A stretch of 64,000 nt of DNA from Planctomycetota bacterium (GTDB lineage Bacteria > Planctomycetota > Phycisphaerae > UBA1845), in NCBI GenBank assembly GCA_024280855.1, contig JAJRPG010000058.1:27504-91503 (forward strand), given 5' to 3'. The notes under the pieces are model-generated. The model saw only the letters and a list, made by a program, of their open reading frames with translations, was not told the DNA's origin and did not search any database. A program made the position numbers and the translations under genes. Positions 9,905 to 18,445 of this stretch are shown in pieces; position 1 is the first letter of the stretch; the number at the start of each line of letters is the position of its first letter.

Positions 9905-10420
9905 CTACGACGACGTAGAAACCACCGCCGGAGTAGCCTCATCTTTAACCAGGGGTTCGTGTTTCTGTCCCGAACTGGAACGAACCCAATTCAAGTAACC
10001 CGACTTCCACTCATAGGCGAACGGAATAGCGATAAGCAGGAAAAACACCAAAAACGCCCAAAACGCCGGCGAACCCATTTCCTTAAACACCACAGCCCAA
10101 GGCCAAAGCAAGGCAATTTCAACATCAAAAACGATAAACACTAAAGCCACCGTATAAAACCGCAGGTCAAATTGCACCCAGCTATTACCAATCGCAGGCT
10201 CACCGCATTCATAAGCCGTGCCTTTTTCAGGATGAAAAAGCTTAGGCCGAGCGATACTACCCACGGTCAATCCGCCAAACACAATGCCAAACCCCGCAGC
10301 TGTAAACATCAAAATGCCTAGCACTAATTCAAGGTTAGAGTTTGTATGCAGCGCCGGGTTAGCCGTCTCCACCGAGGCTAAGAAAGTCGTAGCCAGTGCT
10401 GTCAGTTGATAAGTCATCAT
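9905..10420 (-). CDS. nuoA: NADH-quinone oxidoreductase subunit A
   Basis: 171 aa. Contains YECGEP and FDVEIALLWPWA, with a C-terminal extension. Confidence 0.85.
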   Translation of the reverse strand: MMTYQLTALATTFLASVETANPALHTNSNLELVLGILMFTAAGFGIVFGGLTVGSIARPKLFHPEKGTAYECGEPAIGNSWVQFDLRFYTVALVFIVFDVEIALLWPWAVVFKEMGSPAFWAFLVFFLLIAIPFAYEWKSGYLNWVRSSSGQKHEPLVKDEATPAVVSTSS

Positions 10421-10473
10421 GTTCGTATCTCGTTCACAAGCTGGCGTTTGATCGCCCGAGCAAATACCCTCGG

Positions 10474-11085
10474 CTAGTCCGCAATAGCTTTCACCATCTC
10501 ATCCCGTCGCGCATCATCCTGGCCGGTAAGCTTGTCTTTGGAATGCTTAAAATCCACCCACTCCTGCTTTCGCTCCGCCGCCCACGCCGGCATTTTTTCT
10601 TTTTGCATCCACAAAGGCTGCGGCGTCTGCAAACCTTGCTTCGCCAATTCTGTAAACTCAACAATCATGCTCTCGCGCGTATAGCCCGAATGGTCATGAA
10701 GGTTGCCCATGTGGATACACTCCGTCGGACACGGGTCAATACATAGGGCGCAAAACATACACTTAGAATAGTCAATCGCGTAGCGAGTCATTAACCCACC
10801 ACCCGCAATGCCAGTTGCCTTGTCGAGTTTTCGAGGCCCTGTCTTTTCAATATAAATACAATCGATCGGGCAGGCCTTGGCACAAAGATCGCAGGCGATA
10901 CATTTTTCCGCTTCGTAAAAATGAAAACCACGATATCGAGGCATGAGAGCCGGAGCGACATCGGGATATTGCAGCGTGACCGTCTTGGCAAAACAATACT
11001 TCAACGAGATGCGCATGCCCACAAGAATGGTATAAACCGTGAGCCAAATGTTACGAAAATAATCACGCACTGGACGTTCTTGCAT
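10474..11085 (-). CDS. nuoI: NADH-quinone oxidoreductase subunit I (2x[4Fe-4S]) with a charged C-terminal extension
   Basis: 203 aa. Two ferredoxin motifs, CIACDLCAKACP and CMFCALCIDPCP. Located upstream of nuoA instead of between nuoH and nuoJ. Confidence 0.9.
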   Translation of the reverse strand: MQERPVRDYFRNIWLTVYTILVGMRISLKYCFAKTVTLQYPDVAPALMPRYRGFHFYEAEKCIACDLCAKACPIDCIYIEKTGPRKLDKATGIAGGGLMTRYAIDYSKCMFCALCIDPCPTECIHMGNLHDHSGYTRESMIVEFTELAKQGLQTPQPLWMQKEKMPAWAAERKQEWVDFKHSKDKLTGQDDARRDEMVKAIAD

Positions 11086-11207
11086 GTATACGCTCGCTCA
11101 ACCTTAATATAACCACCACGCCAACCGGCCCATCTAGGCCTTGGGCTGCGAATTCTATAACATTATCCGAACTTGTGTAACCGCTAATGTGAAGCATTTC
11201 TCTTAAT

Positions 11208-11234
11208 GAGCCGCGGGCTTCAGCCCGCGCGGAG
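11208..11234 (+). repeat. hairpin repeat family C
   Basis: gagccgcgggcttcagcccgcgcggag. Stem CCGCGGGC/GCCCGCGG, loop TTCA. Confidence 0.75.
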
Positions 11235-11286
11235 TTGCAAGCGGAGAGAGGCTGGAGCGTGGCGATAACAGCACTCGTCACAAACC

Positions 11287-12537
11287 TCATCGAGATTCAA
11301 TTAGCCACAACCGCAACATATTAAGCACAGCCTTGCACGACCGATCCCGAACCTCTTCCCGCGTGAGGTGATCTCCCAGTACAAGACGCCTAACGTCCGT
11401 CGTACCCTCTCGCGCCAGCCCCACATAGACCAGCCCGACCGGCTTATCCGGCGGCTGCCCTCCCCCCGGACCAGCGATCCCCGTCGTGCTAATCGAAATG
11501 TCACAGCCCGACACCTCCCGACAGCCCTCAGCCATGGCTCTAGCCACGGATTCGCTTACGGCCCCGTCTCGTTCGATCAAGTCATCAGGAACTCCCAAAC
11601 GAGCGGTTTTTGTTGAATTGTGATATAAAATAAACCCTTCCTTGAAATATCCGCTGCTGCCAGGCACGTCCGTCAGTCGCTTAGCCACCGACCCGCCCGT
11701 GCAAGACTCAGCCGTGGCTACGGTCAGCCCGCGTTCGAGGAGCATCTGACCGACGACGCTAGCTAGCGAGTCTTCGTCCTCGCCAAATACGGCTTTGCCG
11801 AGTCGCGTTTTGACTTCAGAAACGTCGTTTTTGAGCAAAATTTGAGCATCAGCGTCATTTTTACCTCTTGCTACGATGCGGATGCTGATGACGCCGTCGG
11901 CGGCCGAGGTGCCGACCGATGGGTTTCGGCCTGGCTCCATCAAATTACCCAATGTGTCACCGATTCTGGCTTCGCTCATGCCGTAGACTAATAAGCGAGA
12001 CTTTATTGTTCGAGCGCCATCTGAAAGTTTGCGGACAAGCGGCTCGATGGACTGCTCGTACATAGCCTTCATTTCACTGGGGACGCCTGGAAGGAGAAAA
12101 AAGTGTCCTGATTGGCTGGAATGGACGATTCCTGGAGCGGTTCCGCGCGGGTTGGGGATTATTTCACAGTTTTTTGGCCGCTTGGCTTGGCACAAGTTGG
12201 AATCTGGCATTGGGCGCTGTAAACGAATAAAAAAAGATTCTAGTTGTTTAAATGCTAAATCGTCTATTTCAAGAGGCTCTTTAAGGGCGATAGCTAGGGC
12301 TTCGCGGGATAGGTCGTCCGGTGTTGGGCCAAGTCCGCCGGTGGTTATGACTATATTGGCTTCGGTCATAGCCCGCTGAAACGATTCGGCAATTTGGGTT
12401 ACATCATCCGAAACTGTTATATGAGATAGGATTCGCAGGCCGAGGTCGGTCAGCCGTTCGGATAGCCAATGGGCGTTGGTGTCGAGACATTGGCCAGTGG
12501 TAAGTTCCGTGCCGATGCTAATAATGATGGCGTTCAT
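11287..12537 (-). CDS. cinA: CinA-like protein (MoCF-type N-domain plus PncC-like NMN deamidase domain)
   Basis: ORF 11287..12603. Start moved to ATG 12537 (MNAIIISIGTELTTGQ...). C-terminal domain contains ATAESCTGG. Confidence 0.85.
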   Translation of the reverse strand: MNAIIISIGTELTTGQCLDTNAHWLSERLTDLGLRILSHITVSDDVTQIAESFQRAMTEANIVITTGGLGPTPDDLSREALAIALKEPLEIDDLAFKQLESFFIRLQRPMPDSNLCQAKRPKNCEIIPNPRGTAPGIVHSSQSGHFFLLPGVPSEMKAMYEQSIEPLVRKLSDGARTIKSRLLVYGMSEARIGDTLGNLMEPGRNPSVGTSAADGVISIRIVARGKNDADAQILLKNDVSEVKTRLGKAVFGEDEDSLASVVGQMLLERGLTVATAESCTGGSVAKRLTDVPGSSGYFKEGFILYHNSTKTARLGVPDDLIERDGAVSESVARAMAEGCREVSGCDISISTTGIAGPGGGQPPDKPVGLVYVGLAREGTTDVRRLVLGDHLTREEVRDRSCKAVLNMLRLWLIESR

Positions 12538-12611
12538 AGTTGATAAGAGTATCAGTAGCTGGCGAAAGCATAAAGCACCAGATAGTTTAATGTAGTTAGG
12601 CAACGAATCAT

Positions 12612-13619
12612 ATGAAGAAATCTGCGACGGTGAAATCTCGAAAAACGGTCCGCCTACTCATGACCTGTATTGGCAGGCGGGTAGAGCTTTTGAATGCCTT
12701 TCGGCGGGCGGCTGAGATGCTCGGGATTAAATTGGAAATTCACGGCGCGGACCTCAACAAGATGTCGCCAGCTATCAACCTGGTGGACAAGGCCCATTTT
12801 GTAGATCGCATTTCGTCGGGGAAATATATCAAGCAGCTTCTTAGCGTGGTGCGTAAAAACAAAATTGATTTATTGATTCCTCTGATTGATACCGAGCTTG
12901 CGCTGCTGGCCGATGCGACGTCACAATTTGAAAAAGCTGGATGCTTAGCTTTGGTTTCTTCGCCGGGTGTGATTGAAACGTGTAGCGATAAGCTTGCGAC
13001 GTTTCGTGCGTTGTCCGATGCGGGGATTGATACGCCAGTGACATGGACGTGGCGTGAGGCACTGAAATTAAAGAAGCACAAGTTTCCTATGTTTCTCAAG
13101 CCGCGGGCGGGTAGTGCGGGGATGGGGAATTATAAAATTAGTACGCTGGCAGAGCTGAAGACTTTTGGTAAGCGCGTGCCCGATGCGATTGTGCAGGAGT
13201 TTGCCGATGGTGACGAATATACGCTTGATGTTTATACAGGCTTTGATGGTAAGCCGCGATGCGCGGTACCGCGAAAACGTCTTGAAGTTCGCACCGGCGA
13301 AGTAAGTAAAGCTGTGATCGTTAAAGATGAGAAGATCATGGCTGTCGGCCTGCGGGTGGCTGAAGTTTTGGGAGAGTGTCGCGGTGTTGTCACCGTACAA
13401 TTGATGCGGAATAAGCGAGGGCGGATTCGGGTGATCGAAATAAATCCACGGTTTGGCGGGGGAGCGCCGTTGGCGATTCACGCGGGGGCCGATTTCCCGA
13501 AGTGGATTTTGATGTCAGTATGCGGGAAGAAGCCGCGGATTTGTAAGACTTGTTTTCGAGATGATGTAGCTATGCTTCGTTATGATGAGTCGGTTTTTGT
13601 GAGTAATGCTAGTCGATAA
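12612..13619 (+). CDS. ATP-grasp domain protein (carbamoyl-phosphate-synthase-like fold, substrate unknown)
   Basis: 335 aa. Contains FLKPRAGSAGMG and IEINPRFGGG. Confidence 0.7.
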   Translation: MKKSATVKSRKTVRLLMTCIGRRVELLNAFRRAAEMLGIKLEIHGADLNKMSPAINLVDKAHFVDRISSGKYIKQLLSVVRKNKIDLLIPLIDTELALLADATSQFEKAGCLALVSSPGVIETCSDKLATFRALSDAGIDTPVTWTWREALKLKKHKFPMFLKPRAGSAGMGNYKISTLAELKTFGKRVPDAIVQEFADGDEYTLDVYTGFDGKPRCAVPRKRLEVRTGEVSKAVIVKDEKIMAVGLRVAEVLGECRGVVTVQLMRNKRGRIRVIEINPRFGGGAPLAIHAGADFPKWILMSVCGKKPRICKTCFRDDVAMLRYDESVFVSNASR

Positions 13620-13953
13620 AAAGTTGATGATTTTGATAAACTTTAAACCATGGATGATCTGGACAATTTTAGGCATTTGTCTGTTATCTTTATGCGTTGG
13701 CCTCGCTTTTATGTTTATTGCTATTTTTGATCACTCCATTACAGACGATTTGTTTAAGAAGGTAGGGCTAATAGCGGCATTACCGTGGTTATTCCTAGTT
13801 GCGTGGGTGCAAGGCCGTGGTCTCTTTGGGGGAGAAAAGCATGTCGTGTTGGCATCACGAAAAGCGCGCATTCTAATCTGGTGTCTTGTTGGATTAATGG
13901 TTTGCGGAGCTGCGCTTGTGGTAGTGTGGGTGTTGGGGCTGGAGAAACAATGA
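13606..13953 (+). CDS. small hypothetical membrane protein
   Basis: 115-aa ORF with 3 hydrophobic segments that overlaps the ATP-grasp stop. Start uncertain (13606, 13627 or 13654). Confidence 0.4.
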   Translation: MLVDKKLMILINFKPWMIWTILGICLLSLCVGLAFMFIAIFDHSITDDLFKKVGLIAALPWLFLVAWVQGRGLFGGEKHVVLASRKARILIWCLVGLMVCGAALVVVWVLGLEKQ

Positions 13954-13980
13954 GACATAGAGTTGAGTTGCAAAAATTAT

Positions 13981-13997
13981 GACACGGGCAAGTCCCA
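13981..13997 (+). repeat. short repeat E
   Basis: gacacgggcaagtccca. Compare 15246 (gacacgggtaagtcccg) and 45172 (gacacgggt). Confidence 0.45.
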
Positions 13998-14022
13998 CTG
14001 CCCCCTTTATTTATGCGAAAAA

Positions 14023-14065
14023 TCCTTCCCCCACCCTTTGCCGGTAGGCAAACAATGGGGCACCC
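14023..14065 (+). repeat. hairpin repeat family A, copy 1
   Basis: tccttcccccaccctttgccggtaggcaaacaatggggcaccc. Outer stem CCCCA/TGGGG, inner stem TTTGCC/GGCAAA, loop GGTA. Confidence 0.8.
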
Positions 14066-14239
14066 GATACGCAAAACAAATTGATGTTTTGTTGGCGCCC
14101 GCGTCAGGCAATAGCCTGAAAATTATTAAGAATAAAGATGTCGTGTAGTGCGCGACTTACGTCGTGACGGCACCATGGGTGGGTGCGTTCGGCGATTGAA
14201 TGCTATAGGACAGTCGTGTGGGTACGAGTGAGGTTCGGT

Positions 14240-15226
14240 ATGAAAAAAATGTTAGCTTCCGATATGTCTAGTTCTGGACACGCAAGATTGCGTGGAGGGG
14301 TCGTCGCATTGCTTGTGGTGGCTATCACCAGCGCTCATTGGTGGACGCCTCAAGGGCAGGACTATCTTCACGCGATCCACATATCACTGCGGAAACTCTA
14401 TGTTGTCCCGGTCGTGCTAGCGGCGATTTGGTTCAACCTGCGTGCGGCTTTGCTGACTGCCGGAGCCGTGACGCTCCTTTATGCACCCCATGTGATCTGG
14501 CAATGGAGTGGTCAACGCGCAGAGAACATCAACCAAGTTGGTGAAATTGTCACTATCTGGGTGACCGCCGTAATCGCTGGAGTTTTTGTGGACGCAGAGA
14601 AAGGCGCGCTCCGAGGCCTTGCTGACGCATACGAAGGGGTTGTGATGGCGCTGGTTGCGGCTTTGGATATGCGTGAACACGATACAGAACTTCACTCGCT
14701 TCGGGTCCGAGCTTATACACTGAGGCTGGCAGATGAACTTAACGTTGAGCCTGAACAGCGTCGCATCTTTGCGCTTGGGGCTTTGTTGCATGATATAGGA
14801 AAGATCGGCGTACCCGATGCGATTCTTCTCAAGCGAGGCAGTTTGACGGATAGCGAATGGGAGTGCATCCGAAAGCACCCGGCGTTGGGACGAAAAATAC
14901 TCGAACCTGTTCGGTTTTTGGATGCAGCTAGAGAAATCGTATACGCCCATCACGAGAAGTTCGATGGCTCGGGTTACCCCCTGGGGCTATCCGAAATGAG
15001 CATACCGCGCGGTGCGCGGATATTTGCGGTAGCGGATGTGTTCGACGCACTGACGTCTGCCCGGCCATATAAAGACGCCATGACCTACGACGAGGCACGA
15101 CGAGAAATAGAAAACAGCAGGGTGTCACATTTTGACCCCGAAGTTGTTGATGCTTTCCTGCGTGTTGCCCCGAATGAATGGGACACGATACGCAACGAAA
15201 TAGAGAGCGAAGAAAGAGCTAGCTAG
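14240..15226 (+). CDS. HD-GYP domain protein with N-terminal membrane domain (c-di-GMP phosphodiesterase family)
   Basis: Contains HDIGKIGVPDAILLKRGSLT and HHEKFDGSGYPLGL. ATG 14240 is preceded by GAGG. Confidence 0.85.
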   Translation: MKKMLASDMSSSGHARLRGGVVALLVVAITSAHWWTPQGQDYLHAIHISLRKLYVVPVVLAAIWFNLRAALLTAGAVTLLYAPHVIWQWSGQRAENINQVGEIVTIWVTAVIAGVFVDAEKGALRGLADAYEGVVMALVAALDMREHDTELHSLRVRAYTLRLADELNVEPEQRRIFALGALLHDIGKIGVPDAILLKRGSLTDSEWECIRKHPALGRKILEPVRFLDAAREIVYAHHEKFDGSGYPLGLSEMSIPRGARIFAVADVFDALTSARPYKDAMTYDEARREIENSRVSHFDPEVVDAFLRVAPNEWDTIRNEIESEERAS

Positions 15227-15245
15227 CCTAGCCTACAATAATTAG

Positions 15246-15262
15246 GACACGGGTAAGTCCCG
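15246..15262 (+). repeat. short repeat E
   Basis: gacacgggtaagtcccg, 20 nt after the HD-GYP stop. Followed by two atgccaccc motifs (15294, 15314). Confidence 0.45.
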
Positions 15263-15351
15263 ATTCCAATTGGCATTGGAGTCTGGACGTACCCATGCCA
15301 CCCCGGAGGTGATCATGCCACCCGGATGGCACATTATATTTTGGATATGAA

Positions 15352-16032
15352 ATGACTAAGATACAAGCGGTTATTTTTGATATGGACGATACGCTCTTTC
15401 CTGAGCGGCAGTTTGCGTTTAGTGGGTTTTTAGCCGTGGCTGAGGCTTTTCAGTCGCAGCTTGGCGATGTGCTAACCGCAACGAGTAAGATGTGTGCGAT
15501 GTTTGATACGCCAGATCGCCGTCGGGTGTTTAATTCTATATTAGAGCATTGCGGGCAATCAGAGGATCAAGATACGATTGAGAAGATGGTGGCTACTTAT
15601 CGTGGTCATGTGCCTAAAATAAATTTGTTTGAAGATGCGAATCGTGCGCTGGATCGGCTGAAGGGGAAGTTTAAGTTGGGCGTGATTACGGATGGCCCAT
15701 TGACGATGCAGCAGGGGAAGGTTGAGGCGCTGGGGCTGCGCGACATGGTGGACGAAGTTATCTTGACGGCTGAGCTTGGCGAGGGGCTTGGTAAGCCGCA
15801 TCCGAAAGCGTTTGAGTTGATGGCTGAGCGTCTTGGGGTTGGGCATGAAGCCTGCGTTTATGTGGCTGATAATGCGTCGAAAGATTTTGTTGGCCCTAAT
15901 GGGTTAGGGTGGACGACGGTGCAGATTGTTCGCGCGGGCGGGATTTATGCAGAAGTTAAGACGGCTAAGGATGGGGCGGCTGGGCAGGTTATTGGTTCGC
16001 TCGATGAGTTTATGAAGGATGTTGAGGGGTAG
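15352..16032 (+). CDS. HAD-superfamily hydrolase
   Basis: 226 aa. Contains DMDDTLF (DxDxT), GVITDG, GKPHP and VADNASKD. Confidence 0.8.
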   Translation: MTKIQAVIFDMDDTLFPERQFAFSGFLAVAEAFQSQLGDVLTATSKMCAMFDTPDRRRVFNSILEHCGQSEDQDTIEKMVATYRGHVPKINLFEDANRALDRLKGKFKLGVITDGPLTMQQGKVEALGLRDMVDEVILTAELGEGLGKPHPKAFELMAERLGVGHEACVYVADNASKDFVGPNGLGWTTVQIVRAGGIYAEVKTAKDGAAGQVIGSLDEFMKDVEG

Positions 16033-16153
16033 GTTGTTGGTGAGTGGAGATTATTATTACGAGATTAAGTAATGCGTATCATCGACCCCCTTATGTCTAT
16101 GTCCAAACAGAAGGACATGGGCAATACGGCATATCTAGGAGGATGGCAGAATT

Positions 16154-16945
16154 ATGATAAATGAGATAGCAATCGATAGCTTTAACCAATTGCTAGTGTG
16201 GTCACGTAGATGCCGCGAAACTTTTGGAGAAATATGGTTCCGCGGTCATTCAGATAATACATGGAAGCTTGCCCCCTCCGTATTTAGGAAACATCTAGAT
16301 CACCAATATGAATTTAATCTAGCACAGAATTTTATGCTGCAATCACCCGCCCGGTGTTCGGATACTCCAAACCTGGGTCGTTATGATCTTTGGTTGTCGT
16401 TGATGCGTCATAGTGGTCTTCATACGCGATTATTGGATTGGTCAGAGTCGCTATTGGTCGCATGTTTTTTCGCTGTTGGCACAAGTAATATCGAACGTGA
16501 TGGCGGTATTTGGATGGTTTGTCCTACAATTCTTAATCAAAATACTGACAATACGAACGGCATACATATGCTGTATGCAATACGTGATAGTAAATGTGTA
16601 AAAAATGCTTTTGTGCGACGCGTTCAATCAGCCGACCAGATAGTCGCAGCGATTCCTACTGAAGTGTCAGTGCACATGATGATGCAGTCTTCACGGTTTA
16701 CAGTACACAACTCGCACAAACCACTTGAGGAATACTCCAGTGGTGAGCAGTTTCTCCAAAAGGCTGTAATTGCGCCGGAAGTGAAACAAGAAATTGCAGT
16801 ACACTTAGATATTATGGGAGTTAAGCTCTCGACTTTGTTTCCTACACTAGATGCTCTTGCTTTTGATTGCAATCAAGATGGGGATCGTGCAATGCTGGAT
16901 AAAGAAAAAATTGACGCTGAAGGCGGTAAAGGCCCCTTCAATTAA
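16154..16945 (+). CDS. FRG-domain protein
   Basis: 263 aa. IWFRGHSDNTWKLAPSVFR and HSGLHTRLLDWSESLLVACFFA match my memory of the FRG domain. AGGAGG RBS. AT-rich relative to its neighbours by eye. Confidence 0.6.
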   Translation: MINEIAIDSFNQLLVWSRRCRETFGEIWFRGHSDNTWKLAPSVFRKHLDHQYEFNLAQNFMLQSPARCSDTPNLGRYDLWLSLMRHSGLHTRLLDWSESLLVACFFAVGTSNIERDGGIWMVCPTILNQNTDNTNGIHMLYAIRDSKCVKNAFVRRVQSADQIVAAIPTEVSVHMMMQSSRFTVHNSHKPLEEYSSGEQFLQKAVIAPEVKQEIAVHLDIMGVKLSTLFPTLDALAFDCNQDGDRAMLDKEKIDAEGGKGPFN

Positions 16946-16980
16946 GGTGTCCTGACTCATTAGCCGTGCCTCCCTGGCTA

Positions 16981-17005
16981 GATTTCCGCCTGCGCGGGAA
17001 TGACA
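16981..17005 (+). repeat. family F short form
   Basis: gatttccgcctgcgcgggaatgaca. This is the outer arms of the 30374 copy without the inner hairpin. Confidence 0.55.
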
Positions 17006-17021
17006 GATGGTGGCGCTTTAT

Positions 17022-18236
17022 TTACTGCGCTACGTTTGTTTGTCTTACGCTAATAATGTGGTCGTTAGCCTGTCGCACGATGTCGATTGTGGCTTGGTCT
17101 ATGGGGGATTCTAGTTTTATTTGTGCGGTGGCTGAGTGCCCGCCTTTGCAGATTACGTTGTCCATTTCTTCTACGTTGATGTTGGCTTCGCTAATGACTC
17201 GTAATACGCTCGACAATACGCCTGGCTTGTTGAGGTGTCTTACGCGAAGGGAGCAGCCTCCTGTGCGTGGCCGGCGGAGGTTGACGCAGTTCAAGACGTT
17301 TCCGGTTTCACTGAATACGCGCACAATGCGCACGGCTTCGTCGGCTATGGCTTCCTGGGCTTGTTCGGTCGATGCGCCGATGTGGTGCGTGCCGTAGACG
17401 ACGCCGTCAGCTTTAATGATAGGGCACGAAAATTCGGCTTGGCCTGTGGTGGGTTCGTTGGGGTAAACGTCCAAGCCTACGCGCAGCCCTTGCTCTTTGA
17501 TAGCTGTAGCCACGGCTTCGTAGTCAACCACATCGGCCCGTGCGGTGTTGATGAGATAGCTGCCGGGCTTCATAGCTGACAAGACCTTGGCATTCACTAG
17601 CCCTTTGGTTTCTGGAGAGACGGCTATGTGTACGGACAACACGTCGCACTGCTTGGCTACGTCGATAGGGGATTCGGCTTGGGTGATGTTTAATTCCTGT
17701 GCTTGCTCAGGGGTTAGCGATCGACTCCACGCGACAACGGGCATACCAAAAGCTTGAGCGCGTCGAATCACGGCTAGGCCAATTTGACCTAAGCCGAGAA
17801 TGCCAAGGGTGCGACCTTTTAACCCGCGGGCCTGGCCATATTCTTTTTTGTTCCAAACGCCCGCGCGAAGGTCGATGACGTTATCAACGAGTCTGCGGTC
17901 GAGGGCGAGGATGAGTGCAAAGGTGAGTTCGGCTACAGCGACGGCGTTTTTGCCGGGGCAATTAGCTATCATGACGCTATGTTGAGAGGCGGCTTCGACG
18001 TCGATGGTGTTGTAGCCTGCGCCTGCTCGGACGATGAGGGCGAGGGAGTCGGCTGCGTCGATGACATCTTTGGGGACTTTGGTGCTGCGGACGATGAGGA
18101 CGGCGCACTGCGTTTTGATGACAGCGTCGCGCAGGGTGTCGCCTTGGAGGGTTGGGTCGATAGTGACTTCGCATCCCATGTCGCGGAGCGTGGCGAGTCC
18201 AGACGCTTGAAATTTGTCGGCTAATAGAACCTTCAT
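17022..18236 (-). CDS. serA: D-3-phosphoglycerate dehydrogenase with C-terminal ACT-like domain
   Basis: 404 aa. Contains GILGLGQIGLAVIRRA (NAD site) and the 2-hydroxyacid dehydrogenase catalytic region. Confidence 0.85.
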   Translation of the reverse strand: MKVLLADKFQASGLATLRDMGCEVTIDPTLQGDTLRDAVIKTQCAVLIVRSTKVPKDVIDAADSLALIVRAGAGYNTIDVEAASQHSVMIANCPGKNAVAVAELTFALILALDRRLVDNVIDLRAGVWNKKEYGQARGLKGRTLGILGLGQIGLAVIRRAQAFGMPVVAWSRSLTPEQAQELNITQAESPIDVAKQCDVLSVHIAVSPETKGLVNAKVLSAMKPGSYLINTARADVVDYEAVATAIKEQGLRVGLDVYPNEPTTGQAEFSCPIIKADGVVYGTHHIGASTEQAQEAIADEAVRIVRVFSETGNVLNCVNLRRPRTGGCSLRVRHLNKPGVLSSVLRVISEANINVEEMDNVICKGGHSATAQIKLESPIDQATIDIVRQANDHIISVRQTNVAQ

Positions 18237-18406
18237 GATTTACACCTGAGAATGTCGGTTTCTAAGTTCAATATCAAAAAAAAGCTACATTTTGCATACC
18301 AAAACTATTATAGTGACTCGACAGGGTGGAAGCGTCAACAGTAAAAGGTTATACAATGAGTGGTTTTTATTTTTTATTGGCCATCCCGACCGTAGAACTT
18401 TTGTGC

Positions 18407-18433
18407 GTCCGCGCGGGCTGAAGCCCGCGGCTC
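18407..18433 (-). repeat. hairpin repeat family C (inverted copy)
   Basis: The plus strand reads gtccgcgcgggctgaagcccgcggctc, followed by gttttt, 12 nt before the ATG at 18446. Confidence 0.75.
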
Positions 18434-18445
18434 GTTTTTGAAATT

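Noticed and set aside
9632-10144. Long antisense ORFs inside well-supported genes (this one, plus 14417..14953, 21010..21504, 27227..27685, 29596..30063, 40324..40794, 50169..50648, 62336..62728 and others)
   Set aside because: All overlap genes with strong family motifs on the other strand. Their products are Arg/Pro/His-rich low-complexity sequence with no recognisable domains. I treat them as frame shadows.
12612-13953. ATP-grasp ligase plus adjacent small ORF as a graspetide/RiPP pair
   Set aside because: The small ORF is a hydrophobic three-helix membrane protein, not a leader-core peptide with Thr/Ser/Asp/Glu/Lys-rich repeats. The ATP-grasp also resembles the carbamoyl-phosphate-synthase-like sugar/amino-acid ligase type.
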